A stretch of 63,209 nt of DNA, filler included, from Octopus bimaculoides (GCF_001194135.2; 11 parts of 11 records of this genome joined end to end with filler, not necessarily neighbours in it), one strand, 5' to 3'. Shown: positions 21,586-34,221, counted from the whole stretch's first letter. The notes: generated by a model not told the origin, from the sequence alone. Made by a program: numbers and translations.

Positions 21586-22655
21586 GAGAGTCCTTCATGT
21601 ATACTGCTCACTGCTCAGAGGACATCACACCTCTGATGTTCTCGCCGAGGCCATGGTGGACATCCATTACAAGTTCCATCTGCAAGACAAGATGACTAGG
21701 ACTACGACGGACAACGGCAAAAACTTTGTTAAGGCATTTATGCAGTTTGGTACAGAAGTTGAACTCTTGCCAGACATTCCTGAGGCTGCTGCCGATAACG
21801 TCGAGGATGTGGACCGAGACGTGGATTCTGAGGCTGGAGATGTAGATGAAGTTGAGTACATCTCTGTTGATGCCATCCTTGAGGAGTCCAGCGGCTTTGG
21901 CCGAGACATATTAGTGCACATGAAATGCGCAGCCCATACTTTCAGCTTAATAGTCAGCGTGGATGCCGACAAGGCTCTTGAAAGTGCTTCGTTCAAGTCG
22001 GCCTACAGGAAGGCCATGTTCAAGGAACAGTGGCTGGAGAACCTGCTGAGCCGCAGCACGGTGGTGGCAGAGAGTATTCTGGATACTTTGAAGAGGAGGC
22101 TGGTGGTCTCCAACAGTACCAGATGGAACTCTATCTATGACTCTGCTGTTGTCCTCAACAACCTGCTGAAGAAGAATAGGGGAGCTGTCTACAGGATGAT
22201 GACACAGCTGAGGCTGCAGACCTTCGGCTTCCTGACGGAGTACGCCCAGGTGATGTCTAGTGTAGCCAAGGCCTTGGATAAATCCAGGGGGCGGACTAGG
22301 CTTAACTCGGGTGCTTTCTGCCAACTGTAGCGGCTACCGTCATAAGGTTGAAGGAGGCCAAGTTCAAACATCTCCTGTACTGCAGCCCTCTGGAAGACGC
22401 GATAATGGTAGGCCACGAATAGGTTTGAGCTCCTCCTAGAAGACTTGGAGTGCCAGCTGGCTGTTGCCTTACACCCCAAGTTTCGCCTGTTCTGGCTGGA
22501 GCAGCCAGGTTAGCAGAATAATGAACGCTATGGAGACAGTCGTAGAGAGAGCCCTAATAAACCAATGAGGAGAGTAGCCCTAGAAACAGGCCTAGAGACC
22601 AATGAGGAGGGCAGTAGCACCACCAGGATGAGGAAGATGATTTCCTCAGCAGCAT
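21586..22655 (+). mobile_element. hAT-superfamily transposase fragment (catalytic and insertion domains), frameshifted
   Basis: LRGHHTSDVLAEAM, TTTDNGKNFVKAF, CAAHT, NSTRWNSIYD and ALHPKFRLFWL are hallmark hAT motifs; long open frame 21497-22330. Confidence 0.92.
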
Positions 22656-22832
22656 CAAAGAGAAGATTAATTCCTGTTCATGGCGAAGGCGGGAGTCCGG
22701 ATAGCCCCTGCGCAAAGACAATCCGAACACAGACAGGTGTGGTAATGAATGACCGGCAGAGTGGAAATGGCGCGAGACCGGGATGTCATTACCGAGTCTA
22801 ATGTTTCGGAGGTTTTCCCGAACCCGTCAGCC
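22656..22832 (-). mobile_element. Penelope-like GIY-YIG endonuclease C-terminal fragment
   Basis: ADxF..LRNIRLGNDIPVSRHFHSAGHSLPHLSVFGLSL...RLRHEQELIFSL matches the RF.EH..PVA.HF...H...EQ.LIF.L pattern of PLE endonucleases. Confidence 0.8.
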
Positions 22833-23700
22833 ATGGACTGTAGGTAGGGTGAGGCAGTACATCCAGCCCCTCAAGTCCCTCAAGTCTGTGCTTGGTCACA
22901 TTGGCAGTGTGTGCTGTGGCAGTGTCATGCTTTAGGAGTGCGCGTCTTCGATTGACCAATGTCAGATAGTGGGCTTTCTAAGCATCATATATTCGCTGCA
23001 GTTGTTGAGCATAGAGTTTAACGTTCATAACATAACCGTCTGGGAAAGCTCAAAGTGTAACATCCCCTCGAAGTTCCACCAAACACACAATATGACCGTC
23101 TCTTCAAACTACCCTTGTTTAACAACAGGCTCTAAATCCAGGCCAGAACGAAACTACTGATTTCTTTTATTGGGATTACAAAAAGAGATCCATTTTCTAT
23201 CTCCAGTTACAATTACACGCCAAAATGGACATCACAAGGATGATTGTTTGCAAGTGTTCATACTGAGTCTGGTCATTAGTTAGTTCATGAGGAGCTCCTC
23301 GACAGTGCTAGTTCACATTGCCGAGCTCATGGAAATGTCGAATGATAGTGTTTTGTGAAGAATCAAGTTCTGCCGACAATGTATAAGCGTTTGTGCTTGG
23401 CTATTGTTGAACTGTTTCAAGCAAGTCGAGATCTTCCACAAGGGAAGGACGCCCTGACTTTGGTTTTCTTCGAGGCTGGTGTCCCCTTCCTTGAAACGTC
23501 TGAAGCTGTTTTGTGCCATCCTTTAAATGACAGTTCCTGAGCTTCCCACGTTATTAATTCCTTTTGTCGCGGTCCTGGGACTCAAGCCTTTTTTCCATAG
23601 GAGCATAAAATGATTCTAAAAGCAATTTTTTTTACCACTCATTACCAAAACTGTAAATTAAAGAGTAAACAATTAATGTATGTATTTATGTATGAAAATA
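22833..23700 (-). mobile_element. mariner transposon, most of the transposase, 3'-truncated and decayed
   Basis: ATG at 23642; WKKGLS..MAQNSFRRFKEGDTSLE, PHELT, IVTGDRKWI, LYAQQLQR, LLKHDTA.AHT and VLPHPTYSP occur in mariner order. Confidence 0.92.
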
Positions 23701-23852
23701 ACGAATAAACAAATCAGCAACAATTATACATGTTGTATCAAATTAATGATATAGCATGGAGATACAAGTTGCTAAATGTCATTTGTTAAAATTCAAAGAA
23801 ACTTTTGATTCATCCTGGAACATACATACATACATACATACATACACACATA

Positions 23853-23912
<60 letters not shown>

Positions 23913-23915
<3 letters not shown>

Positions 23916-24001
23916 CAAATTTACAGAAAGCAAAAGACGAAGACAGGTGAAGGAACAACAAGCGGGTGCATGAGTTGAACGGTCGGGATCAATGGAAAAG
24001 T
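23913..24001. repeat. Interspersed ~90-bp repeat, also at 47829-47918 and 50561-50642
   Basis: Shared AAAGACGAAGACA...GAACA.CAAGC.GGTG...; each copy sits beside a dinucleotide microsatellite. Confidence 0.8.
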
Positions 24002-24289
24002 ATTGAGGAGGAAAGAAAACGGAGAGAAAACGAAAAAAAACGAAGAGAGAGAAAAAAATATGCAGGGATTAACGGTTCAACATGATGAAATATATAATTG
24101 GTCAGTTGTCCATAGGTCAGGAAAAAAGCACATTCTAAAAGGAAATTTAGAGCAGTTATATATCATGTGGCTGAGTAGTATATCCTAGGTTAACACATAT
24201 AACCGGTCAGGAGTTACTATCGGTTTCACGTCAACTATTGCACTTGGCAATATAGCTGACACATCAGACCTACTGGCCGGGAGCACACA

Positions 24290-24290
24290 G

Positions 24291-24379
<89 letters not shown>
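24290..24379. repeat. (CA)n microsatellite
   Basis: Directly visible. Confidence 0.97.
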
Positions 24380-24380
<1 letters not shown>

Positions 24381-24707
24381 TATGTACTACAGTATTATTA
24401 GTAGATACTTTCACACAATAGACTATCGAGTTTTAAAGGCATAAATTATTTAATGGAAAATTCACTGGGTTTAAACAATCTGAAGAACGTGCGTAATTGA
24501 ATGTAGATAATCGTTTTCAGATCTTTGTCAATAATATTTGCTATTTTTGTAAGAAAATTATGCGTACATCTAAAATTAATCAAACATTATTTCTATTAAA
24601 AATCTCATGATATCAATGACATTTTCCCAGAAAACATTTATCGAATAAGTTAAAGAAATATATAGCGACACCTGTGTTCACATTAAGGCTGGTAGGAACC
24701 TTTATAC

Positions 24708-24933
24708 TAGTGGCCCTCAACCTATGGAACCCCTTGAGTCCTATTTTACTCTGGTGGTCCCCCATAGCCATTCGAAGTTTAAAAACTAGGTTTATAGATA
24801 CTTCCATGAAAATACCTATTTTGTTTTTCACATCTTAACTTGTGTCGGTTGAACTATGTAAAACATCCGAGAAAGAATTCTAGTAGTTATTTGCAATAAG
24901 TACATCTAATGCAAAAGTTTTCCACAGACCCTT
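24708..24933 (+). mobile_element. hAT-type MITE, left portion
   Basis: Starts TAGTGGCCCTCAACC (variant of the CAGTGGTTCTCAACC TIR); body matches the 14.9 kb and 56.0 kb copies. Confidence 0.65.
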
Positions 24934-24935
24934 AA

Positions 24936-25090
24936 CGTGGCTGTGTGGTAAGAAGCTTGCTTTCCAACCACATGTTTCTGGGTTCAGTCCCACTGGACGA
25001 CACCTTGGGCAAGTGTCTTCTACTATAGCCTCGGGCCGACCAAAGCCTTGTGAGTGAATTTAATAAACGGAAACTGGAAGAAGCTCGTCG
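24936..25090 (+). mobile_element. SINE family A, 5' half
   Basis: GTGGCTGTGTGGTAAGAAGCTTGC...CTATAGCCTCGGGCCGACCAAAGCCTTGTGAGTG. Confidence 0.9.
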
Positions 25091-25753
25091 ACTGTCTTCG
25101 TTTTTGTTTTTCTATAAATTTGAACTATATATATATATATATANNNNNNNNNNNNNNNNNNNNNNNNNNNNNNNNNNNNNNNNNNNNNNNNNNNNNNNNN
25201 NNNNNNNNNNNNNNNNNNNNNNNNNNNNNNNNNNNNNNNNNNNNNNNNNNNNNNNNNNNNNNNNNNNNNNNNNNNNNNNNNNNNNNNNNNNNNNNNNNNN
25301 NNNNNNNNNNNNNNNNNNNNNNNNNNNNNNNNNNNNNNNNNNNNNNNNNNNNNNNNNNNNNNNNNNNNNNNNNNNNNNNNNNNNNNNNNNNNNNNNNNNN
25401 NNNNNNNNNNNNNNNNNNNNNNNNNNNNNNNNNNNNNNNNNNNNNNNNNNNNNNNNNNNNNNNNNNNNNNNNNNNNNNNNNNNNNNNNNNNNNNNNNNNN
25501 NNNNNNNNNNNNNNNNNNNNNNNNNNNNNNNNNNNNNNNNNNNNNNNNNNNTGAATAGGGTGGCTCGGGATGTGTGAGATTCCTTGGTTGCCCCTGTGTG
25601 GCCTTTCCCCACTATTGAAGAATTTTGTTGTTAATATTTATTTTTTATTGTTTACGCGGTTCTATATAAATCTGCGTTGTTTTTTGTCTTTGCATTATCC
25701 TAAATATTTCTGTGTGTTTGTTGCCAATAAGAAAAGGAAAGTATTTTGTCCAT

Positions 25754-25890
25754 CTTTACGTTCTAGGTCGACTTTGCCTTTCATCCCTTCGAGCTCGATA
25801 AAAGAAATACGAGTCAAATACTGAGATCGATGTAACAGACTAGTCCCCACCCCACAAAATTTCAGACCATGTGCCTATAGTAGAAAGGGC
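25754..25890 (+). mobile_element. SINE family B, 3' part
   Basis: GGTCGACTTTGCCTTTCATCCCTTCG...GTGCCTATAGTAGAAAGG. Confidence 0.8.
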
Positions 25891-26485
25891 TATTATTATT
25901 ACTAGCAAATCTACTCATCTACGATGGAGGAGGCTTAAAGTGAGGGAGTGAAGTCATAACAGCAGTATGTATTGAGAAATGTGTAAATGGACTTGATAGA
26001 TTACTGGATGATGTCTTAGAGAAATCACATTATCGTTGGTGATACAGCATTCTATTGCAGCTATATGACGTGTTTGCAACTAAGTGACGTGATATGATTC
26101 ACTCCCGAACTGAAATAGGCTCCCAGCCTCTGTATCATGAATGGTTATATGGACCACTGCTAACGAAAGCCAGAGCTTCCTTCGACCATTACATAAAAAC
26201 TATTAAGAAAAAATAATATTTAGATATACTTTTATTTTAGATGTTTACACTATTTTACGCTTGTTTATACTCTTATACATTCAAAGTACACAAATTTTCT
26301 TATTTAAATTATGAATCATATTCCTTTCGATAATATCAAAATAATTATCAAACTTCTTTGTAGACGATATTTTCTGTTTGGTCGACACTAATTTTCAAAT
26401 TACTGGAGTCCATTGCTCTATTCATAGCGACGTATGTAAACATCGTATGTATGTAAACATCGGCCTTGTGTAAACATCGGAGTGG

Positions 26486-26789
26486 GTAAAAATACACTTA
26501 CACGATCTAAAGGCTGGCCCTGTGCCTTGTTTGCTGTGAATGCGCGAGCGAATTCTTTAGGAAGCTGCCCATCTACGATGAGAAATAAAGGAATAGTATC
26601 GCAAATCTAAACCCTCTAAATTCACGAACTACTTTTTCACATTTTTTTTCTCTAAAAACCTTCCTGGTTACCTCCTTCGTAATACCGAAAAACATCGTGA
26701 CCATTGGTCCAGCCGTTTGACCGTGAAAAGGGAACATACAGACGGACAGACACTCAGACAGACAGACATAGCGCCCATTATAGTAAGAT
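26486..26789 (+). mobile_element. Probable non-autonomous Helitron/Helentron (DINE-1-like)
   Basis: Ends ATTGGTCCAGCCGTTTG...(CAGA)n...ATTATAGTAAGAT, the layout of DINE-1/Lep1-like elements (from memory). Confidence 0.5.
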
Positions 26790-26792
26790 CAC

Positions 26793-26982
26793 TAAGGTAG
26801 CGATATGGCTGAATCGTTTGTACGTCGCACAAAATGCTTCATTTCATCCGTCTTTGCGTTCTGAGTTTAAACGCCACTGAGGTCGACTTTGCCGTTCATC
26901 CTTTAGGGTCGATGAAATACGTTCCAGTCAAGAACTAGGGTCGATCACTCCTCCAACCCCAATTTTCAGGCTTGTGCCTATA

Positions 26983-26985
<3 letters not shown>
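26793..26985 (+). mobile_element. SINE family B, near full length
   Basis: GCTGAATCGTT...CGTTCTGAGTTTAAA...GAGGTCGACTTTGCC.TTCATCC...GTGCCTATAG. Confidence 0.85.
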
Positions 26986-27015
<30 letters not shown>

Positions 27016-27104
27016 CTCCTCCTCCTCCTCCTCCTCCTCCTCCTCCTCCTCTTCCTTCTTCTTCTTCTTCTTCTTCTTCTTCTTCTTCTTCTTCTTCTTC
27101 TTCT
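26983..27104. repeat. Compound trinucleotide repeat (GTC)n(CTC)n(CTT)n
   Basis: Directly visible, at the SINE tail. Confidence 0.95.
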
Positions 27105-27961
27105 NNNNNNNNNNNNNNNNNNNNNNNNNNNNNNNNNNNNNNNNNNNNNNNNNNNNNNNNNNNNNNNNNNNNNNNNNNNNNNNNNNNNNNNNNNNNNNNN
27201 NNNNNNNNNNNNNNNNNNNNNNNNNNNNNNNNNNNNNNNNNNNNNNNNNNNNNNNNNNNNNNNNNNNNNNNNNNNNNNNNNNNNNNNNNNNNNNNNNNNN
27301 NNNNNNNNNNNNNNNNNNNNNNNNNNNNNNNNNNNNNNNNNNNNNNNNNNNNNNNNNNNNNNNNNNNNNNNNNNNNNNNNNNNNNNNNNNNNNNNNNNNN
27401 NNNNNNNNNNNNNNNNNNNNNNNNNNNNNNNNNNNNNNNNNNNNNNNNNNNNNNNNNNNNNNNNNNNNNNNNNNNNNNNNNNNNNNNNNNNNNNNNNNNN
27501 NNNNNNNNNNNNNNNNNNNNNNNNNNNNNNNNNNNNNNNNNNNNNNNNNNNNNNNNNNNNNNNNNNNNNNNNNNNNNNNNNNNNNNNNNNNNNNNNNNNN
27601 NNNNNNNNNNNNNNNNNNNNNNNNNNNNNNNNNNNNNNNNNNNNNNNNNNNNNNNNNNNNNNNNNNNNNNNNNNNNNNNNNNNNNNNNNNNNNNNNNNNN
27701 NNNNNNNNNNNNNNNNNNNNNNNNNNNNNNNNNNNNNNNNNNNNNNNNNNNNNNNNNNNNNNNNNNNNNNNNNNNNNNNNNNNNNNNNNNNNNNNNNNNN
27801 NNNNNNNNNNNNNNNNNNNNNNNNNNNNNNNNNNNNNNNNNNNNNNNNNNNNNAATGATTTCTTAATGAGTAAAGTTCGTCTCCGAAATCTGTTTTGAGT
27901 CCTATAAATTAAATTTCGCACAGGATGTCTATGGAGATCGATGTGTGTATGTGTGTGTGTG

Positions 27962-28023
<62 letters not shown>

Positions 28024-28080
28024 CACACACATATGTATATATATACAACATATACATACACACATGCATATATATATATG

Positions 28081-28134
<54 letters not shown>

Positions 28135-28946
28135 GGTATATGTATGTACATATGTATGAATATATATTATATATACTAGCAGAAAGACCGCCCTCCCGAC
28201 GGTTTTCTACTAGTCTCTTGATAATATTTTTACATTTGATTACCAGTTCTAATAATTTCTATATTTTACGTCTAATTATTTCTTCGTATAATAGTGCTGA
28301 CTTGTTTAGTGAATATTGCTTTCATTATTATATCACTGTTATAATCTCTCTTTTTTTAAACAAACATCACGGTAGTCCAACAACAGAGGGAAAAGCAGTT
28401 TGTCAAGTTTTACCTTCCCCTCAAAGCAATATAGAGATTTGAATTCAGCAGCTCATCTGTAGGCTTTGCAGTGTGTACGTGTGAGAGAGAGAACATTGTA
28501 AACAATGAATGAAATAAACATGAAATGAAAAAATCGTATAAATAAAATGACATTACTAGAGATGTATACGACCCCGACTTTGTTGCCTCATAACATCCAG
28601 AAAAATTGATACTTTTTAACAAAATTTTCTACAAATATCGCTTAGAAGATGTAGCTTCAGAGTATATAGGGATTTATGGGAAAGAATTTTTGCGAGGGGG
28701 TGGAGAGAGGAGTTTCAGAAAATTTATACGATCTGACTTTTTTCCCTCATAACTTTCAGGAAAATGGGTATCTTTTAATGAAAATTTATACAAATCCCAA
28801 ACAAATGACGATTATAAAGAAATTTGCGGGAAAAATTTTTTCGGGCNNNNNNNNNNNNNNNNNNNNNNNNNNNNNNNNNNNNNNNNNNNNTTAATTAATT
28901 AANNNNNNNNNNNNNNNNNNNNNNNNNNNNNNNNNNNNNNNNNNNN

Positions 28947-29014
<68 letters not shown>

Positions 29015-29024
29015 TGTGTGTGTG

Positions 29025-29059
<35 letters not shown>

Positions 29060-31280
29060 ATGATCATTTTGTTTTTGTGTCTATATGTGTATTTGTGTGG
29101 TTTGGGAAGGAAGATGCGTACGTCTTCACTGAAGAGCGGTCAGCAAACCATAAAACAGGCCGTCAAGAGATTCCCTCCACTTTTCCTCGAACAAGTACTA
29201 TGTATGTACACACACACAGACACACACAGACACACACAGACACAAACACACATAAACACACACACACATGTATATTCTTTTTTATCAACAAAGTTTTTAA
29301 TTATTTTTTCATAACTGTTTCATACTCTTCTGTATTGTTTCTATTTCTGCTCTATCATAGATAATGACAATGTGAATAAAAATCATCGCATTAGAAAACT
29401 GCATCGTGGATTATCCGTCTACCAGATAGCCTGAATCTCTATGGGAATAACAGCGATTATCATAATAATTATAACAATGAAGATTGTCAATAAAACAGAC
29501 CTGTTAGTAAATTTCATCAGAAATATTCTACATATCAATTAGCTGTGTTTACTTATTACTCTCATTAAAAAAGTAATTAAAAGTGCGAAGAATAAACATG
29601 AAGAATATAACGATAAGATATAAATTAAGAAAAAAAAGCAATGAAATATTATTTGCTCTATCGTCTTTGAAATTTTGAATACCTCGGTGTACGGAGTCTT
29701 CTGGTCTGTAAATAATTGAAGGTGCTATTGTCATGTGTATGTGTTTGTTTTGTTATTGTTGTTGTGTGTGTATAGGGGGGGGGGGCTATGAAGACATCAA
29801 AGAGATCTAAAGAAACGACGAAGAAACAAATAGTTCAGATGTGGTAAATGTCAAAGAGTCGAGAAAGCAGAAAAGTTGAAAAGAAGAAAAAAAAGTCATT
29901 AATTTTAGTGAAATAATCAAGTTTTATTTCCAAACGGTGTTGATTTTTAAAACATCATTTGGATTTGTAAAGAGCTGGGGAAAATGTTAGCTAGATTAAA
30001 TTAAATACTGTATAGTTCAAATGGATCTTGGGGGAAAAGAAGGAATTCTTTTTCTTTTATTTTTTTTTTGAAAAATAAAGGAGATTTAAAAACAGAGGAG
30101 TTTCGAATAGGCATGTAATGTTGTTGAGTGAAAGTAAGAGAGGAGAGAATTAAAGATAAAGGCAAATTTTAAAACTTTGTTTAAATAGATTTGAAGAATT
30201 TCAATATAATGTAGTGAATGAGAGCGAGAATGAAATATTTAATGAAATTGAGTGGTGGGAGGATAAAAATAGAAAATTAAAAAAATGTAACAACAACAAT
30301 AATGATAATAATGAGGAGGAGGAGGAGGAAGAAGAGGACGTCGACGACAATGATGATGATGTTGGTGGTGATGACGGTGGTGACAGTGATGATTTCATTC
30401 ATAGTCTATGGGGACCCTCAATGTTTTCGCAAAATAATGAAGAAAAACACAGACACACACTAAAAATGATTTTTTGTTACCTTAAAACTGAGATGGTAAA
30501 ATCTTTTTCAATATATAATTAATTAAAATTGTTATATATTGGCATTATTCTGTAGTAATGCCCCTTATATAAATATAAACGAATAATATATATATATATA
30601 TATATATATAATAATAATATTAGGGACAAAATCCAAAATTACAGGCAAAAAACTCAATTAAAATCAATTTATAAAAAATTAAAATTAAATTGAGCCTTAT
30701 AGATAAAGTATATATAAAATATATAGTTTTAGGGAAAATAACCAATTATCAAGAACTCATCGATGAAAATCCACTATCACATATAGAAAAATTAATAATT
30801 AAAAGCACAATAAATGAGTATAATATAAAGTAAAGTAAATATCATAAGATAAATATAATATTGTGCTNNNNNNNNNNNNNNNNNNNNNNNNNNNNNNNNN
30901 NNNNNNNNNNNTTAATTAATTAANNNNNNNNNNNNNNNNNNNNNNNNNNNNNNNNNNNNNNNNNNNNCGCATACTGGAGACATGCTGGCAAAGCACACAG
31001 CAGTAAAAAAATAACAATAATAAATACTTCAGAAAATGCCATTGAAAATGAATCCAGGTTAAGATATTAATGGCGAGGAACGTAGCTGTGTAAAAGCGGC
31101 TTAACTCGGTGGTGGTGCGGTAGGGTAGGATAAGTCACCAATGTAGTCTAATGGAAAATACTGAGAAATGTCAGCGAATTACGCTTAAATTTCATTCTCA
31201 GTTTTTTTTCTGAAAAGTCTTTATTTCTCAGTGTAGATACATCTTTTTTCTACTCTGCTTCTCAAGTCAACAACCTACAC

Positions 31281-31345
<65 letters not shown>

Positions 31346-31474
31346 CCTGTCAGTCTGTCTGTCTTCCTGCCTGCCTGTTTGTCTGTCTGTCTGTCTGTCT
31401 GTTCGTCCTACTGATTCTCTAATTATTTATTAGTTTGTATGACACCCACTTTATGTTCACATGCACGCATACTG

Positions 31475-31506
<32 letters not shown>

Positions 31507-32682
31507 CGTTCCACAGAAGCACACGCAAGCACCAAGATTCAAGCCAAAATTTTAACTATTTATATATATTATTTTTTTTTCATCAAATGGCAAAATAAAT
31601 CGTTAGTTTTCAAATTGTTGAATTATTGTTCCCAGCTGTGGTGACATCACAGCGTCAAGTTCTTTCCTGAACTGGAGCCAACACACAGTCGCTACATAAA
31701 ACAGATTGTTTCTATGCAAGAGATTAGTGGTTCTCAAACTTTTCTGTCCCACACTGTAACAAAAACTTTCAGTCATTTTCACAACCCCACGAAAATAATC
31801 ACATTTGAAGAAGAAAATTTTCTGATACGTAATTTATTAAGAAAAATTGAATCATATTATTTATATTGCTTCTCAAACAAGGTTCCGGGTTCAGTTCTAT
31901 TGCGTGGCACATCGACTAAATGTCTTCCACTATAGCGCGGGGTCTTGTGAGTGGATTTGCTAATGACAAGTTAAATTCAGCTGGGGTGTAAAGTGGAAGC
32001 CTTAAGGCATAAACATAGATGAAAGTCAGGAGACAGGAAAATAAGGTGTTGTGCTAGCGGCGGTCAAGCCACGAAAGAAAGTTCATGCTTCGCCGGACAC
32101 CGATCACGTGGGAGGAACAGAGAGAGAGATAGGAGGCAGAGGGATTGAAGAATTAGGGAGGAATTAGAGAGNNNNNNNNNNNNNNNNNNNNNNNNNNNNN
32201 NNNNNNNNNNNNNNNNNNNNNNNNNNNNNNNNNNNNNNNNNNNNNNNNNNNNNNNNNNNNNNNNNNNNNNNNNNNNNNNNNNNNNNNNNNNNNNNNNNNN
32301 NNNNNNNNNNNNNNNNNNNNNNNNNNNNNNNNNNNNNNNNNNNNNNNNNNNNNNNNNNNNNNNNNNNNNNNNNNNNNNNNNNNNNNNNNNNNNNNNNNNN
32401 NNNNNNNNNNNNNNNNNNNNNNNNNNNNNNNNNNNNNNNNNNNNNNNNNNNNNNNNNNNNNNNNNNNNNNNNNNNNNNNNNNNNNNNNNNNNNNNNNNNN
32501 NNNNNNNNNNNNNNNNNNNNNNNNNNNNNNNNNNNNNNNNNNNNNNNNNNNNNNNNNNNNNNNNNNNNNNNNNNNNNNNNNNNNNNNNNNNNNNNNNNNN
32601 NNNNNNNNNNNNNNNNNNNNNNNNTATATATATATATATATATGGACATACATATATATTTACTTTTATACACACTTACACG

Positions 32683-32713
<31 letters not shown>

Positions 32714-32837
32714 AAACACATACTGATACACATGCAAGGACATGCATGGAAAGTACACTAGGATGTGTGAATAATAGCTTTAAATTAAATATTAATTTAT
32801 CCCAAACACTGCTCCATGTTTCAATTGCTAATTCAGT

Positions 32838-32871
32838 TTTCCGGAAGGCGTGTGCACACGCCTTCCGGAAA
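32838..32871. other. Perfect 34-bp palindrome with no spacer
   Basis: TTTCCGGAAGGCGTGTGCACACGCCTTCCGGAAA equals its own reverse complement. Confidence 0.97.
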
Positions 32872-33655
32872 TGCTGCGGTTGGTATGATCATAGTTTTAC
32901 CACGTCACCACTCACATGGAATAGCCCAAAGCTGGATTTAGAAGACTGCAATATTTACACATTTCCTTCCATCACTGGTCAGGTTGAATTAGAAATTGAA
33001 ATACAGTGACAGGTATAGGCAGCATGTTTCGAAAAATTATTTTATTTAAATTCTTGATATTCGTACATCCGAGAGTAACTGTATGTACGAATTGCGTGTA
33101 TATTACAATGCATCATTTCAGTTTTATTTTAGGGTATTGAGCAATACACATTTAATACTTAAGTATATATATGTATGTGTACATATGTAGGTGAAATAAA
33201 CATCAGAGATGCTTTGTCCAGTGCAGAAACCGCAGAAGCTATGCAGAGGTTTTTCAAGCTCTTCTAAATCCATTGCGATGCTGGAAACTCTTCCGTATCG
33301 TCAGGAAGTATCTTAGCGTTACAAGCATTTCGCTCCTTAGTCTGTACGCTTCTCTCGAATGAGGCAGTGAGAACTGAACTAGTCTTCGCCTCGGAAAGGG
33401 TTCCATTTGCGGTCTCTTATCAAAATAGCCATCTTGTACGTGTGTGTGGGCGTGCTTCAGATCCACTGATTTACTAGGTGAGAGAGTCTACAATTCAAGA
33501 AAAAACAATCTATTTATGGAATATTGAGTACACTTTTCTGAGAACAATATCTTACTGGCTTCAGACACATTTCGCTATCTTCATAACTCTTCAGATACAT
33601 CATCTTAATTATCATCTTAAAGTTAGTGTATTTATATGAAAAGAGAATAAATAAC

Positions 33656-34050
33656 AGGCGTAGGCGTGGCTGTGTCGTAAGAAGTTTGCTTCCCAACCAC
33701 ATGGTTCAGCGTTCAGTCCCATTGTGTGGCACCTTCGGTAAATGTCTTCTATTATAGCCTCGGACCGACTTATGTCTTGTGAGTGGATTTGGTAGAGGGA
33801 ACCTGAAAGAAGTCCGTCGTATATATGTATATATATTCATGTGTGTCTTTGTGTCTGTGTTTGTCCCCTTCCCCGCTTGACAACTGGTGCTGGTGTGTTT
33901 ACGTCCCCATAAATTAGCTGTTCAAGACCCTAGAGTAAGTACCAGGCTTAAAAAAATATACTGGAGTCGATTCATTCGACCAGATGTTGTTCAAGGCGGT
34001 GCTCCAGCATGGCTGCAGTCAAATATTGAAACAAATAAAAGATAAAAATA
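33656..34050 (+). mobile_element. SINE family A, near full length
   Basis: A-box-like GTGGCTGTGTCG, B-box-like GTTCAGTCCC, internal TA/TG microsatellite, 3' GGCGGTGCTCCAGCATGGC.GCAGTCAAAT...AAAAGATAAAA. Confidence 0.92.
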
Positions 34051-34221
34051 GACATGTAAGTAACAGGTGCAATAAAACAAAATTCAAGACTATTAATCTC
34101 TAAATTGTTCATTGAAGTATATAAAAATAATTAAAGAAGCAAGTGTATTGTATATGAATTACCCATTATTTTACCTTACCACAAAACTAATCAAAGTTCG
34201 AATTTGTACAGTCAAATAATT

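Noticed and set aside
29128-29150. CTGAAGAGCGGTCAGCAAAC
   Set aside because: Lacks G12, has only a 2-bp stem II and no stem I.
33564-33594. Minus-strand CTGAAGA GTTAT-gaag-ATAGC GAAATGTGTC
   Set aside because: Core and stem II look right but stem I cannot form; unconfirmed relic.
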